Source: Trichosphaerium sp. ATCC 40318
Taxonomy: Eukaryota > Protista > Tubulinea
DNA: 64,000 nt
NCBI GenBank assembly: GCA_038496445.1
Contig: JALMLS010000589.1
Coordinates: forward strand, 62,001-126,000
Direction: 5' to 3'
Shown here: piece by piece, positions 1-13,904 of the stretch
How the letters are laid out: each line of letters opens with the position of its first letter
Position numbering within the stretch: the stretch's first letter is position 1
Notes under the pieces: generated by a model
What the model was told of the DNA's origin: nothing
Database searches by the model: none
Seen by the model: only the letters and a program-made list of their open reading frames with translations
Position numbers and translations under genes: made by a program

Positions 1-2030
1 ATATCCAGGCTGGTCTTACTATGACTAACACAACAAGGACGATGATGACAATCAATAAAATGGCAGCTGTAATTCCACCAATTAAGTATTTAGTTGTGGT
101 ACTTGTTCCGGATGACTTGCTGGCATTGCATTCAGTGTCATCAACAATCAAAAACAAAGTACTTGTTTCTAAGTATGAGTAAGAAGTACGTTGAAAGTAG
201 TAATATGCTACCTTGTTTGACATTGCCATTACGACATCCATCAATCTCAATATTGGGAACAGAGTCTACTTTGCAGTTGGTTTCGTCATAGCTGGCAAGT
301 GTTGAGCTTTTCAGAAGATCTGCTGCTTCATCCACAATCATATTGGCCCCTTAGAGGAGAATTTTGAGCACTCTTTAATTTGTGATAGTCTTACCTTCAA
401 TCTCAATACATCCTTTGACATCGAAAGTTACAGTACCATTAGTCATAATCGTACTTCCATTTGTCCAAATCAAGTCACCTTTAACATATCAGAAAATGAA
501 GCATGACTGCGTTATGGTTGCATTGTGGTACCTAGAATTACAATGACTCCGCTTTTTAATATCAACAAAGGCGGTACTACATAGTCTCCAAGTACTGTCC
601 ACGTGCCATTCACACATTCTTGTTCCTCAATTAATTTGTCTCCTATTTCACAAATAGAATTCTCGTCTGCAAGTTGCAGTCCCGAATCAGAGTTGTACCA
701 AAGTTCTCCATTAGGTCCAAATTCAGCGCATTGAACACCCGATTGATTTTTATGGCTAAATACAATATTTCCTGTACGCCAATGAGAAACCAATGAGGAA
801 AAAAAAAGAAAAACAAGAAAAAACAGCGAAAAAACCAATACACAGGTTTGGTCAAATATTAAGTGCGTTGTGTAGATCATATGTACCTTGTATGTCTATG
901 ACAAGTACTTCTTCATGTGCTGCAGCTGCTATAAGACCCGTTTGTTTATTGTATCTTATCCTTTGTACTTTTTTTGGATCATATTGTTTTTTGAAGAAAA
1001 CAGAGTTCTGTGTAGGGTTACCTGTAGATGGTTTATTAGCTCATTTTCGTGACAAAATTTTTGATACCTTTGTAAGATTAACAACCTCTTACAAAGGCTG
1101 CCTGACACAAAAAACAAAGTTACTTTGGGGCTATTTTACAATATTTTAACGAAACTGTGAGTGAATTCCGATTTAAAGATAGATTCTTTGCTCAACGTAC
1201 GAACATCGTATTTGTAAATCTCATATCCATTACTTACAAGCAACTCATACTCTGAAATGAAGGTACATCCCTTTATTTTTAATGTCAAATTTTGTGATGT
1301 TGAAAATACTGAAAACTTACTTGTGCTCCATACTGGTCCCAGTTAGTTCTGGCTATATTATAATCATGGTGATATAAACCGGTTGATTCATCTTTTTTAT
1401 AAGTCAAAGGACCAACACCACTTATTCTAATGTTTCCAACAACCAAATAAGTGCCACTTGGGTTAAATTCAAGGTGTCTGAAATGGCGTGATGGAATATA
1501 ATCTGGTAACTCTATTTCGTCAACATATTTTATAGATGGCCACTCAAACATCACCTTATTGTACTCATTAGAAAGAAAAATCAAGAAAAATCTAGAAAAA
1601 AGGACGCATCGAAATGCTGTTTTGTTGAACACGAAAAAAACAAAAAAAAAAGCATTTACGATTTTTTTTGTGGATGAAGCACTAGCGTAGAGTATATTTC
1701 CATTGATTGCCAAACCTATTTTATTAATGACATAAATGTTAGCTTTAAAATAACCAAGCAGGGGATAAAATCACGGTACCTTGAGGTTGAGTTGGGGCAA
1801 ACTTTCCATTATTCTGCCATGTCTCTATTTCGAAACCAGGTATTAAACAACCTATTTGTTGGATACTGTTTAGTAACAACTTGTACAATATGACGCACAC
1901 CTGTTGCATTCATTGCTATAATTTTGCCCGCGTTGTCGTCTGTTGTAACAGCCAAAAGAGCAGTATTGTCATCTATCCATAGCATATCCTGTAAACCATA
2001 TCCATCTTCCACAATATCACGACAATTTGC
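1..2030 (-). CDS. Type I membrane surface protein (beta-propeller-like ectodomain, Cys-rich stalk, C-terminal TM), tandem copy 1; runs off the window; 5' exon uncertain
   Basis: Exons join through GT-AG introns (DMLWIDDNTALL, LEFNPSGTYL, AEFGPNGELWY, TM IGGITAAILLIVIIVLVVLVIV). Collinear with 2549-4563. Confidence 0.75.
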
Positions 2031-2548
2031 TTTTAGAAAAAAGAGTCAGTGTCCGCAAGTATCGGGATTGTGGCCTTTTATCACATGATAAAAATACCCT
2101 TGTGGTGGTATCATACAATATTGTAGCACAAAGCAAAGAAAACTTTTAGTCGACTAGCAATTTCGATTATGAACCAAAAGACCAATTGGGACGCTACTTC
2201 CGCGTAGACATAACCAATACTCTTTAAAAGAGAGTATATGACCACAAAGTACGCTAGTATTTCTTTTTTTTAATGTCACGTGCTAACACTACACCCAAAA
2301 GAGCGAGAAGTGCTGTTTGAATAAAATATCGACGTTTTTACGTACAAAGCAGTATTTGTGTTGTAAATATAATCCACAGGGCAGTTATAAATTGAGGATG
2401 TGTTGCCATTTGTATTTATAACGCGAACCATAACCGGAATATTGTTTTTGCGTTTACACATCGTACCCAAAAGTAGCTGTCCGCGCTCTTCAAAAAAGTC
2501 ATAAACCAAACTTGATAATCGAGTTTCCTTTGGCGATTCAAACGGTAA

Positions 2549-4563
2549 TTATTTATTGACATTTATAACTTTGCCCGTTTTGTGGTTTTTCATTGTGTAT
2601 GGAAATATCCAGGCTGGTCTTACTATGACTAACACAACAAGGATGATGATGACAATCAATAAAATGACAGCTGTAATTCCACCAATTAAGTATTTAGTTG
2701 TTGTGCTTATTCCTGATGACTCGCTGGCATTGCATTCATTGTCATCAACAATCAAAAACAAAGCACTTGTTTCTAAGTATGAGTAAGAACAATGTTGAAA
2801 GCAGTAACATGCTACCTTGTTTGACATTGCCATTACGACATCCGTCAATCTCAATATTGGGAACAGAATCTACTTTGCAGTTGGTTTCATCGTAGTTGAC
2901 AAGTGTTGAGCTTTTCGGAAGCTCTGCTGCTTCATCTACAATCATATTGGCGTCTTAAACAGAATACTTTAGCGTAAATAATACATATCAGCCTTACCTT
3001 CAATCTCAATACATCCTTTGACATCGAAAGTTACAGTACCATTAGTCATAATCGTACTTCCATTTGTCCAAATCAAATCACCTTTAACATATTAGAATGA
3101 TGCATACTCATACATTGTGGTACCTAGAATTAGGATGACTCCGCTTTTTAATATCAACAAAGGCGGTACTACATAGTCTCCAAGTACTGTCCACGTGCCA
3201 TTCACACATTCTTGTTCCTCAATTAATTTGTCTCCTATTTCACAAATAGAATCTTCGTCTGCGAGGAGCAGTCCGGATCCAGAGTTGTACCAAAGTTTTC
3301 CATTAGGTCCAAATTCAGCGAATTGAACACCTGATTGATTTTGATGGCTAAATACAATGTTTCCTGACTTAGTGAGAAAACAAAAAAAAACCACTGTGGT
3401 GGAAAATAATACGTGTACCTTGTAAGTCTATGGCAAGTACTTCTTTATCCGCTGCAGCTGCTATAAGACCCGTTTGTTTATTGTATCTTATCCTTTGAAC
3501 TTTTTTTGGTTCATATTGTTTTTTGAAGAAAACAGAGTTTTGTGTAGGGTTACCTACAGATGGTTTATTAGCTCATTTTCTTGACGATTTAAAGATAGAT
3601 TCTTAGCTAAACGTACGAACATCATATTTATAAATCTCATGTCCATTACTTACAAGCAACTCATACTCTGAAATGAAGGTACATCCCTTTATCAAGTAAC
3701 AAATGAGATTCAATTCGAAAATATGATAGGGAAGACCAACAACTTACTTGTGCTCCAACGGCGTCCCAGTTACTTCGGGTTATATTATAAGCATGCTGAT
3801 ATAAATTGGTTGATTCTCTTTTTTGATAAATGAAAGGTCCAAGAGGATGTTGTCTAACGATTCCAACAGCCAAATAAGTGCCGCTTGGGTTAAATTCAAG
3901 GTGTCTGAAAAGGTGACTTGGAAGATAATCTGGTAACTCTATTTCATCAACATATTTTATAGATGGCCACTCAAACATCACCTTATTATACCCATTAGAA
4001 AAGAACCAGGATGATAGACGCTGGTTTTGAACACGTGATATTAAACAAAAATAAGGAAAAAAACCAGAAAATACTTACGATTGTTTTTGTGGATGAAGCA
4101 CTAGCGTAGAGTATATTTCCATTGATTGCCAAACCTTTTTGTAATAACCGCAGACATTAGGTTATAAATACTCGGTTTAGATCCCGTACCTTGAGGTTGA
4201 GTTGGGGCAAACTTTCCATTATTCTGCCACGTCTCTATTTCGAAACCAGGTATTAAACAACCTATTTGTTGGATACTGTTTAGTAACAACTTGTACAATA
4301 TGACGCACACCTGTTGCATTCATTGCTATAATTTTGCCCGCGTTGTCGTCTGTTGTAACAGCCAAAAGAGCAGTATTGTCATCTATCCATAGCATATCTT
4401 GTACAATAAACCCATCTTCGACAACATTACCACAATTCGCTTTTAGAAAAAGAGTCAGTGTCCGCAAGTATCGGATTATGGCGTTTATCGCGTGATTTAG
4501 ATGCCCTGAAGCATTGTGCGCCACTGTAACAACGCAAACAAAACCGCTAAAACTGTTTTTTCA
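2549..4563 (-). CDS. Type I membrane surface protein, tandem copy 2
   Basis: Same exon chain as copy 1, ending RPAWIFPYTMKNHKTGKVINVNK*. The putative signal peptide needs one extra A in a homopolymer near 4556-4561, so the start is uncertain. Confidence 0.75.
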
Positions 4564-5347
4564 TTACAAAAGATCGACTATGAAAAAGGACCAATTGGGA
4601 CGCTACTTCCGCGTAGACATATCCAATACTCTTTCAAAGAGTACATATACTCTATATGACTACTAAGCACGCTAGTATTTCTTTTTTTTATGTCACGTGC
4701 TAGCGCTACACCAAAAGAGCGAGAAGTGCTGTTTGAATAAAATATCGACGTTTTTACGTACAAAGCAGTATTTGTGTTGTAAATATAATCCATAGGGCAG
4801 TTATAAATTGAGGATGTGATGCCATTTTGTGTATTTATAACGCGAACCATAACCGGAATATTGTTTTTGCGTTTACTTATCGTGCCCAAACAGAATTGCT
4901 GTCTCGGCCAATCTTGACTTTTGTTCCGAACACAAATTGCTGCACGCATAGCCTAGTAACTAGACCTGCTAGCCAACACGCCTCACAAGCTGGCAGTGTT
5001 ACCGTGGCTGGTTCTGCGCAAGTAGTTTCACAATGACCTGAGGTATCAAGCCAGGATTGGTTTTACCTTTACCAATATCGTAACGTACTCATACAACTTA
5101 GGTTGCATGAAAACTTGGCATTCGTAACAAACTAGTATCTGAGGTGTATTCAATGTGTTAGAAACCACAAGGAGTTTGGCAATTCAAAGTGTATAAGTCG
5201 GGATACTCCGCTGTGTGGCGGAGGTAGTAGTTGTTACATTCCCTTCTTTAAAGAACTGCGCTATATGACAGAATAATTGACACGTGTAATTAGTAAGGGT
5301 TAAGTGCAGCCTTAAGCAATAAAACTGGAATTTACAGCTACCGTAAG

Positions 5348-7556
5348 ATGACCGTGCCTACTTGGTGTTTATTTGGTTTATTATTGGCCAATCTTTGCAT
5401 GTTTTTGCCAATGTGTTGTGGTACGTAGTAGAACTATTAATAACAGCGACGTAGAAGCTGGATAAGGTCCTACTATACTCCGACAGTTGTTATTTATGCG
5501 TAGTGCTTCACATACTCAAGTTTAAAGGTGTTGTCGGCATAAATACCTCCTTAGCTTCAAACTCTTGAGATCTTTGATAACGCCAAAACGGCAATTTCTA
5601 GAATTTTTTTGATAGCCACAAATGGCTGTTTTTAGTTATTAGAAAATCACGTGATCTCACAGTTTTTTTTTAAGGCAAGACCGACTGGTTACAAGATGGG
5701 GACATATTTGAAGAGATTGTGTGGGTTAATGATGACAAAGCGTTTGTAGCTGTAACAACTGAAAGTGACCCAGGAACGGTCATTTCTGTTGATGCCATAG
5801 GTAAACAAAAACGATGCTTAAGTTTAAACAGTAAAACACATTTAAGGAAACCCTACTGGTGAGGAATTAAAAGATTGGGGAGGTAGCGGGAAGTTCCGGG
5901 ATGGACATCCACAAGGTATGCGTTACTAGTAAACGAAAGGATGAGAGAAAAAAAACAATCTTAGCTTTTTCTTTGTAGGCATTGCCATGCGTGGTGATAT
6001 ACTATACATCTCCTCGGCCGAAGGGGGCTTAGATATAGTACGCTCGCGAGTATCCTAGAGTCGGTGGTGTTAACAAGTTAACCTAGGTAATGTTCTCGCT
6101 GTCAAACCTGACATACATTGATGGCTTCGATATCCCAGAAGTTCGTTTTACTTCTAAACTAAGACAACTCGCTTTTAATCCAAGCGGGTCTCATATGGCG
6201 ATTGGTGTAAGTATTAATAGAGATAACGATACCTTAGAACTAGGACCAGTCATCTATAAGTTCAATGCTTCAAGCGACATAATTCCTACGTACGAACAAA
6301 CAATTACACGACAAAGTTGGTCGCAATGGGGAGGTCAGGTATGCGACTTAAGTGCTTTAAAACGAACTGATTTTGTTATCATTCAAGGGATGTACTTTCA
6401 TCTCAGATTATGAGTTGCTTGTCAGTAATGGTCATGAGATACTAAAATATGATATTCGTACGAAGTGTTCGAACTAACATGACTTAAGTCCAATGCTGTA
6501 TAATACTTACTTCTTTCCTAGGCGACCTTTCTTCCTTCTCAATATTTGCATCCTTTTCAGACAACAAAACACAACGGATAAACTTTGCATACAATGTAGT
6601 GACAGCCGCTGCTTTAGATTTAGTTCGTGTATTGAACACTCAAGGTTAGTGGTTATTAAGATGCATTCAAGTTCACTCAAAGTGTAGGTGACATAATCGA
6701 AGAGCGTGAAACACCTACGCAAAAAGCACAAGTAGCTGAAATAAGTCCAAATGGGGAGCTATGGTATTCTTTGAATAACCAACTTACCACAGTGAATATT
6801 TCATCAAAATTACCATCATTCGAAGCCAATGAACCAAACCAACCTGTTATATGCGTTCAAAATGATTGTACCTGTGAAGGACAACCAAAATTGATTGTTG
6901 AACAAGAGTGTGTAAATGGTACATTGATTATAGTCGGAGACTATGAAGTTCCTCCATCTTTGGTCATTGATACTGGTACAATTACTGTTCTAGGTACGCG
7001 TAAAAAGGATGTGTTGTCAACACGTTGTTATTTAATGTTTGTGAAATAAGGTGACTTGATTTGGAAGAATGGGAGCACTGTTACGATCAACGGCACAGTT
7101 ACCTTTAATATAAAAGGGTGCGCGAATATTGGAGGTACGGAAAAAAAGTATCTTTAAGGACAGATTAAAATTCACTTAACAGGCGCGTACTTGGTTGTAA
7201 ATGATGCAGCAGATCTTCCTAAAAACTCTACATTGATCAACTACAATGATACCAACTGCGTTGTTGATTCAGTACCCATGGTTATGGTTGGTGGGTGCAG
7301 TGATGCTGAAGTCATTAGAGGTACTTGTAGCTCCTTTTTTGAGTTATCTTAACACGTGATTGCAGCAGAAACAAGTGCTTTGTTTTTGATAGTTGATGAC
7401 ACTGAATGCAATGCCAGCGAGTCGTCAGGAACAAGTACAACAAAATACTTTATTGGGGCATTCGTAGCGGCATTCTTGTTGATTACTATCATTGTTCTTG
7501 TTGTGCTACTAATACTAAGACCAACATGGCTGTTTCCATTTCAATTTAACAGTTAA
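5348..7556 (+). CDS. Type I membrane surface protein, diverged inverted paralog (copy 3)
   Basis: Signal peptide MTVPTWCLFGLLLANLCMFL. Exons match copies 1 and 2 (QLAFNPSGSHM, EQECVNGT, ETSALFLIVDD, TM, RPTWLFPF*) and intron positions are shared. Confidence 0.8.
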
Positions 7557-8035
7557 CTGACCGAATAAAAGCTTCGTATTTCAAGGTAGCGTTGCACGGT
7601 CACAACTCAATATGCAAGTGGGGTTTTTTGTACTACATCGTAACCAGCTTGCTATTAAGTCTGAAATGATTTTGTAGCTAAAAAATCCAGGCATTCCTAT
7701 CTATCAGCCACCCTTATTGTAAGATAGACCTTCATATTAATCCCTTACTATATCCGTCGTACCATCTACATAAGCTTATGTCGCAATAAGCGCTGTATAG
7801 CTCGGAATCTCACAGCCCATTGAGTCTTTAAATTAAATTGTTGATATCTTCACTTATTAAAAGTGGTGCCTCAACCAAAGCTTTCAGGTTGTTGTATTGA
7901 GATAATACGCTGGAAACGTCGACATGATTTATTACACACGTGATTTTTTTTTTCATAGTGGGTAAGCTACCTCAATCGTACATTCACAATCTACCAAAAT
8001 GTGATTAATTAAGATTGTCTTTTAGCTTGTTAATA

Positions 8036-9386
8036 ATGTGTCTACGCCCACTTCTCGTTTGTTTATTACTTTCATCGATCGCATTTGTATCTAGAGCTCA
8101 ACGTAGAACCCTAGCGGCTGTAGGATATGGTGGCTCAAGACCTTTTCAACGTTTCCACCTGGAAGATGGCACCCTTGTTGGCGGACGTACGTTCTAGCCC
8201 CGCTTTTTCTCTATCTAATACCTTTATAGCTTGTTTAATTTCAGGCGAATTTATTGCTTCAATGAGTGCGTATTACATTACAGCAAATCATTTTGGGTTT
8301 CGGGGCCCTTAATCTAATCTCAAAATACCAAATTTTTTTCTTTTGTTTTTTTGTTTTAACTCACGTGTGCAAAAAATTGCCAAGTTAAACTAGTTTTTGG
8401 TTAAAAGAAGTTTCGTTTTCCTTGCGTCGTTCAATTTTCGGGTACTCGCGTTTTCGCTGTAAATGCTGCAAACCAGCGTAAATTAAAACCATCTTGATAT
8501 TGTTTGTCTACACTTGCTCATCTTGATTAGCGTTTCTACAAAATGGAAATCTTGCTGTATCTTATGAGGCTGAAAGCCCCAGAGATGGTAGTGTGCTAAC
8601 TTTCGGACCTCAGGGTTGCGCTCCTGTACGCTATAAAAAAAAAAGAAAATCGATGTGTTTTGTTAACATGTGATACAGATTGATTCTTGCGCTGAAATGA
8701 GTAATGTTGGAACAAACACAAACATGAACATTGATCCTATAACTGGTAATTTGTATGGTACACTGGACAATAGTGTTGCAGTCAACTTGTTTACATCACC
8801 TTGTCAACCTTCTGCCGTATGTACACAAATTGTAACAGGACCACCCACCCCTGCAATCAGTACGATTTGTGACCTTGTGTTTTTCATGTTGCTCAATTGT
8901 TTTTCACTTCTAGCCGTTGTTATTGGGACAACAGCATACATGGCAAACTCTAATAATATTGAGCGTATGAGCTTACCCTCAACACCTGGAATGTGCTCTA
9001 TGATTGGTGAACCGATCATGTCACCATGTGCCCTTATTACAGGTAACATCCGACAAAGCAATTTCTTTGAACTTATTTTTTTAAGGATTTGCTGTATTTG
9101 ACAGCACACGGATTCTTCTTGTTTGTGGGGGATTTCAAGAGTTGGGAGACTCTCACTTTTTCGACATAAATGATGAGTCTTTCACAGAAACAGGCTTTGC
9201 GCTAATACCTAATCCTAACCTCATTGTTGCACTAGCTGTAGGTGGAGAAATTCCTTGCAATGAGTATGTATCTTTTCGGTTCACTTGATCATTCAATCTC
9301 ATTCTTTGTTTTATAGCCTTCAAGTTGATAGTGATGCGCGTAGAGCCCTACTTTCGGGATCTAGTGGTTATGGCGGAAGCAAATAA
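8036..9386 (+). CDS. Secreted Cys-containing beta-propeller-like protein
   Basis: Signal peptide MCLRPLLVCLLLSSIAFVS; blade-like segments (AFLQNGNLAV, IDPITGNLYG); an in-phase exon chain to ...GYGGSK*. Confidence 0.6.
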
Positions 9387-10079
9387 AGTCTTAAAATTGG
9401 TTGTGGAGGAACATATGCTATTGTACCTAAATACGAAAAGTTTTACTATTAGTATCACAATAATTCTCAAAACTACCCATAAAAAAGAGCTTGTTTACAA
9501 GGATGTCCAGCTTTACAGCTGTACTGAAAGAAGTCCAGACCACTTTCTTGTTTAAGTAGGCGGCAGCGAATCAAGCAAGACAATGGCGCTGTTGACTTGC
9601 GGATTGGGTTGTGCTACTCTTTCTGACATTTCTATTGTTAACTTTCCAGTTTGAAAGCTTCCCAACACGAGTAGTTACTAGAAAAACAAAACTTTTAGCA
9701 CTGCAATAGCGTCAACAGGGAACACTGATGCAAACAGTTGCTGTTTGTCGTTGTTGGGACACTAAGCCCGTTTTATGCTTTTTTACGCTACCTCACGCAT
9801 CCCTATAGCCCCTAGTAGCGTCAGTGATGATTAAAGAATTTGTAGTTTAATTTCAAGTAGTAGGGAATGGAATTACTTATTTTCCGTGTATGACGTGATA
9901 CAAAAAATCGCCTAATTTAGAATATTATTATCTTTAAGTCACTAGGTACAACTTGAAAAAATTGTAAACAATAGAGCATACAAAACAAAGACGTATAGCA
10001 AAAGTTTATCAGTTAAGTCTTGTGATATTTTTTAATATCAGAAAACGCTCTTAATTAAGTTTAAAAAAAGCTGGATAAA

Positions 10080-12504
10080 ATGAACGAAACAAACGCTTAT
10101 GATCAGTGTTACCCTAGATTACGATTAAATGGATGCCCTAGAGACTGGGAAGGTGGTCTTAAACGATATTATGGAGCTGTTATCCTTGTATTTATATTTC
10201 TATTGATAGCTCTTTCGATTAAAGCTTTAGTAAGGTACGTAAGTAAAAACGCGGTTTTTAGCATACTAAATAGAAAAAAAAAATCAGGTACTTGAGACGT
10301 GGAGTATTGAGTTATGGACATTTTACGCTGTTTCTCGCTATTACAGCTGTAGCAGGTATGATACATAAACTCTTGGAAGTGTTTTCTTTTTTTTTCGCTT
10401 TCACCTAACAAAAACGATCATTCTACTTGCTATGAGGTCCTTGTACATAGTAGTACTGAGGACAATACAGCTACTTTTTGTATTAATTTCTTCAAAAAAA
10501 GTTTCGCGAAATTACTTTGGGCGCTTGCTATTTATTAAGGTTATTGCGTGATCTGATATTTTTTAGCGAAGATTTGTTTTTCAATTCTGCGCCTCACTGG
10601 AGCTACAAATGATTTCGCCCTTGCTTTATCCGTTTGGTTATGGAATATATCTGGATACATAACCATTAGCGTATTCGCACCTCTCGTCCCTTTTTGGTAC
10701 GGTAGAAAAATGCTGTCTTGCGAAAAAAAAAATTCACATAGTGATTGTTTTAGGCAACAACTTGCGGATCCTAACCTGATATTTGTTGACTCGACGAGAT
10801 CAATCTATACATCATGCATATTCGTGTTTATTATTTTTATACTATCATCTATAACTCCGTTATTGGTACAAACATCTTGTAGTTTTTTGTTGTATTAACT
10901 CAGTTTGATACAGATTACAATTGTCCCAAGTCTTTCTGATTATTGGGTAATAACGATTGACCATTGCTTGCTAATTGCTTTGACAGCTGGTGTATTTATG
11001 TTACTATTATATTTTTGTCATGCTAATATTGACAATGTGAGCAAAGATCAAGTACGTGAGTCATAGTCACCATTGAAAAATCAATCTAAATTTTGATTGG
11101 TAGCGAAGAATGTTCTTTACACTATTACCTCTTTGTGCTATCACAAGCGCACTTCTACTTCTCTTAGGAAGTGTGCTGGCCCTTATTATCGAGTATAATG
11201 GGAACGAAGATAGTTTAGCGTTACATGTAACCACTGGTACACTTACAATCGCTACATGTCTACAGCGTGTTACTATTTGATCTCATAACCGCTTAGATGT
11301 CACATTCAATTTGTTTCAAGTAATATTGCTTGCAATTTCAAGCAATATGATAAAGAATGGTGAGATAACAAGACAATCAATGATGTCTGATGCTCTTAAA
11401 AAGAGACATGTCGTAAAGTTAGGATCAAAAGCTAAAACAGGAAAAGTTGCTTCTTGTAGCAAAGCTTTTAACAAAGAAGACATAGAACTAGCAGCTCAAT
11501 TAGTACGTACCACTATCTTAGTTTGCTTCAAAATAATCGTTATACTATTTAAATTTAGAACTCTGTTTTGCATACTACTAATGTGCGCACGTGGAAAAGT
11601 AGTTACAAGTTAGTCAGTTTTTTTTTTCAGTGAACGTTTGTGTTATTTACTCTTTTTCTAGGAGCTACCTATTTGGGTTCGTATGCCTCAATCAATATCA
11701 GAATGGTTTCGATTTCCTCATCCTATTGATGCAAACTTATTCAGAACAAAATCAGCTTTAATTCTATGTGAAGTGCTCTTTGCAATGATACTAGATTACA
11801 CAGTTGATTTTCCATATGTCCTTCTCTGGATTTGTTCCGGGTTCTTTCTTCGGCTTTTGTTTGGTCCAAGACTTTCACCAGAGGTGAGTATACTGAGAAA
11901 ACAACCTTTTTATTACTCAGGTTGCATTCATAGAAAATAAGTGTTTGTAGGCGTGGGTTGTTATGTATTGTTTCAAACCGATTATTAGTTTATTTTCATC
12001 AAAGCCAAATTATAAGCCTGGTCCTCCAAAACGTTTTGCACAAGCTATAGGTTTTATGTTTACTTCTGTTGGGATTGTATTGAGGTTCACAACAACAAAG
12101 GATATTACATACTGGGTACGTCAAAAAAAGAAAAACAATCTGTTTTTTTTAAATTAGAGTCACAGAATTACTGAACTGAGCGTGAACAAGCTCCTGTATT
12201 CCTCACCATCATTTACTTTTAATATATACATCACGTGTTTATATTATGTATTCTTCCTACTTACTTATTTGTTCAGTTTTTGGGATGTCTTTGTGTTGCT
12301 ATTGGATTAGAAGCTTTTTTTTCTATTTGTTTGGCATGTATATTCTTTTCTGTTTTGATCGTAGCTGGTATTGTACCAGAACCAGTATGTAAAATGTGTG
12401 CTACAATGTTTGAAATTACAAATGAAGATGCAGAACAAGACTCTGATGGCGTACCAACCATACCAAAACGATCGCCAACATTACGACTGATATTTAAAAA
12501 CTAA
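10080..12504 (+). CDS. Multi-pass (7TM-like) membrane protein fused to a C-terminal DUF4395-like domain
   Basis: About 7 hydrophobic segments in the 5' exons. The C-terminus has FFLRLLFGPRLSP, PGPPKRFAQAIG and LEAFFSICLAC, typical of DUF4395. The two parts join through a phase-0 intron at about 11503-11661. Confidence 0.7.
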
Positions 12505-12922
12505 GCAAACAATACAAAAAAAACACTCTTGATAATTGTTGTACTGTACAATACCATTAAAAACAACCTTCTGTAAAAAAGTTTCATAGTTAGTGAGTCC
12601 AAGCCCTGGACTTACACTATTCAGGATTGCGCTTGACTTTCATAGGTTCACGTGATTTATGTATAAAAACTGACATGTCCACCTGGCAAAACGTAACCGC
12701 TGTAGGAAAATAACAAGTACAGGTCTTCAGCTTTAGGTGATTAAATTGTAATAGGTCCAAAAGACAAAAAAAATACAGTTAGAGGAACATAATGACTTTT
12801 AATCCTTTAACTCAAACACTAAAATTAATGAACATGCCAGACAAAGCATTGCGTTAGATAGAGTGCTTTTTAACATGAACCCATTAATAAATACCACCTC
12901 TGGGCAGTGATAACAACATATT

Positions 12923-13904
12923 CTATAAGTACCAGCTAATGTTTAGACCGTTAACTTTAGCCATGTAGATATCTATTGGGGAAACTCCAGTTAATGCTTT
13001 GATACCGTTATCTGTTACACAAGTACAATTAAGGTCTATTGCATGAACTCCTGCTAACGCTTTGATGCCTTCATCTGTTACCCTTGTTCCAGAAAGATCA
13101 ATAGTATGAACTCCAGCAAGTGCTTTCACACCTTCATCTGCTACTGACGTACCAGCAAGGTAAATAGCATGTACTCCAACAAGTGCTTTAACACCTTCAT
13201 CTGTCACGTGTGTATAAGAAAGACTAACAGTATGAACTCCAGCAAGTGCTTTAACACCTTCATCTGAGACATATGTACAAGAAAGATCAATAGTATGTAC
13301 TCCAGCAAGTGCTTTGACACCTTCATCTCCCACTTTTGTTTTACAAAGATTAATAGTATGAACTCCAGCTAATGATTTGATACCTTCATCCGTTACCTTT
13401 GTACCGCCAAGGTAAATGGTATGAACTCCAGCTAATGCTTTTACACCTTCATCCGTTACCTTTGTAACACAAAGATCAATCGTGTGAACTCCAGCTAACA
13501 ATTTGATAAGTTTATCTGTCACAATAGTACTAGAAAGGCCAACACTATGAACTCCAATCAAGGCTTTAATAATCTTCTTATCTACATATTTACCACAAAT
13601 ATCGACAATAAGCTTGATGAAGGTATTGTTTATAATATTTTGCCTTCATTTCAAAACAAATCTCAACTTTGCACGTGCTTAAATGAAAAGGACACATGAG
13701 TATATGATATTCTTTTAGTTGTTCCTTGTTTTCGATTGTAACAGTAAAGTCTGGCTTGTATCCCATAAAATCTCTTGCAATATGCATAAATAAAGTACAT
13801 ACAACTCTGATAGGTGGTAAGTAAATGTTTTGTATACAACTAAGGATTATAACCCATATTTCTGTCGGTAAACGATCAAATATCACTGTAGTGTGTGTTT
13901 CCAT
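12923..13904 (-). pseudogene. Intronless F-box/LRR gene with one frameshift (pseudogene or assembly error)
   Basis: F-box FDRLPTEIWVIILS..IRVVC in ORF 13590-13904, and 9-10 21-aa LRRs in ORF 12923-13561. Removing one base near 13640 fuses the two frames. Confidence 0.75.

Noticed and set aside
12592-12620. Hairpin agtcca-agccc-tggact downstream of LRR gene 1 as a Helitron end
   Set aside because: The spacing to a CTRR terminus does not fit and there is no matching 5' end.
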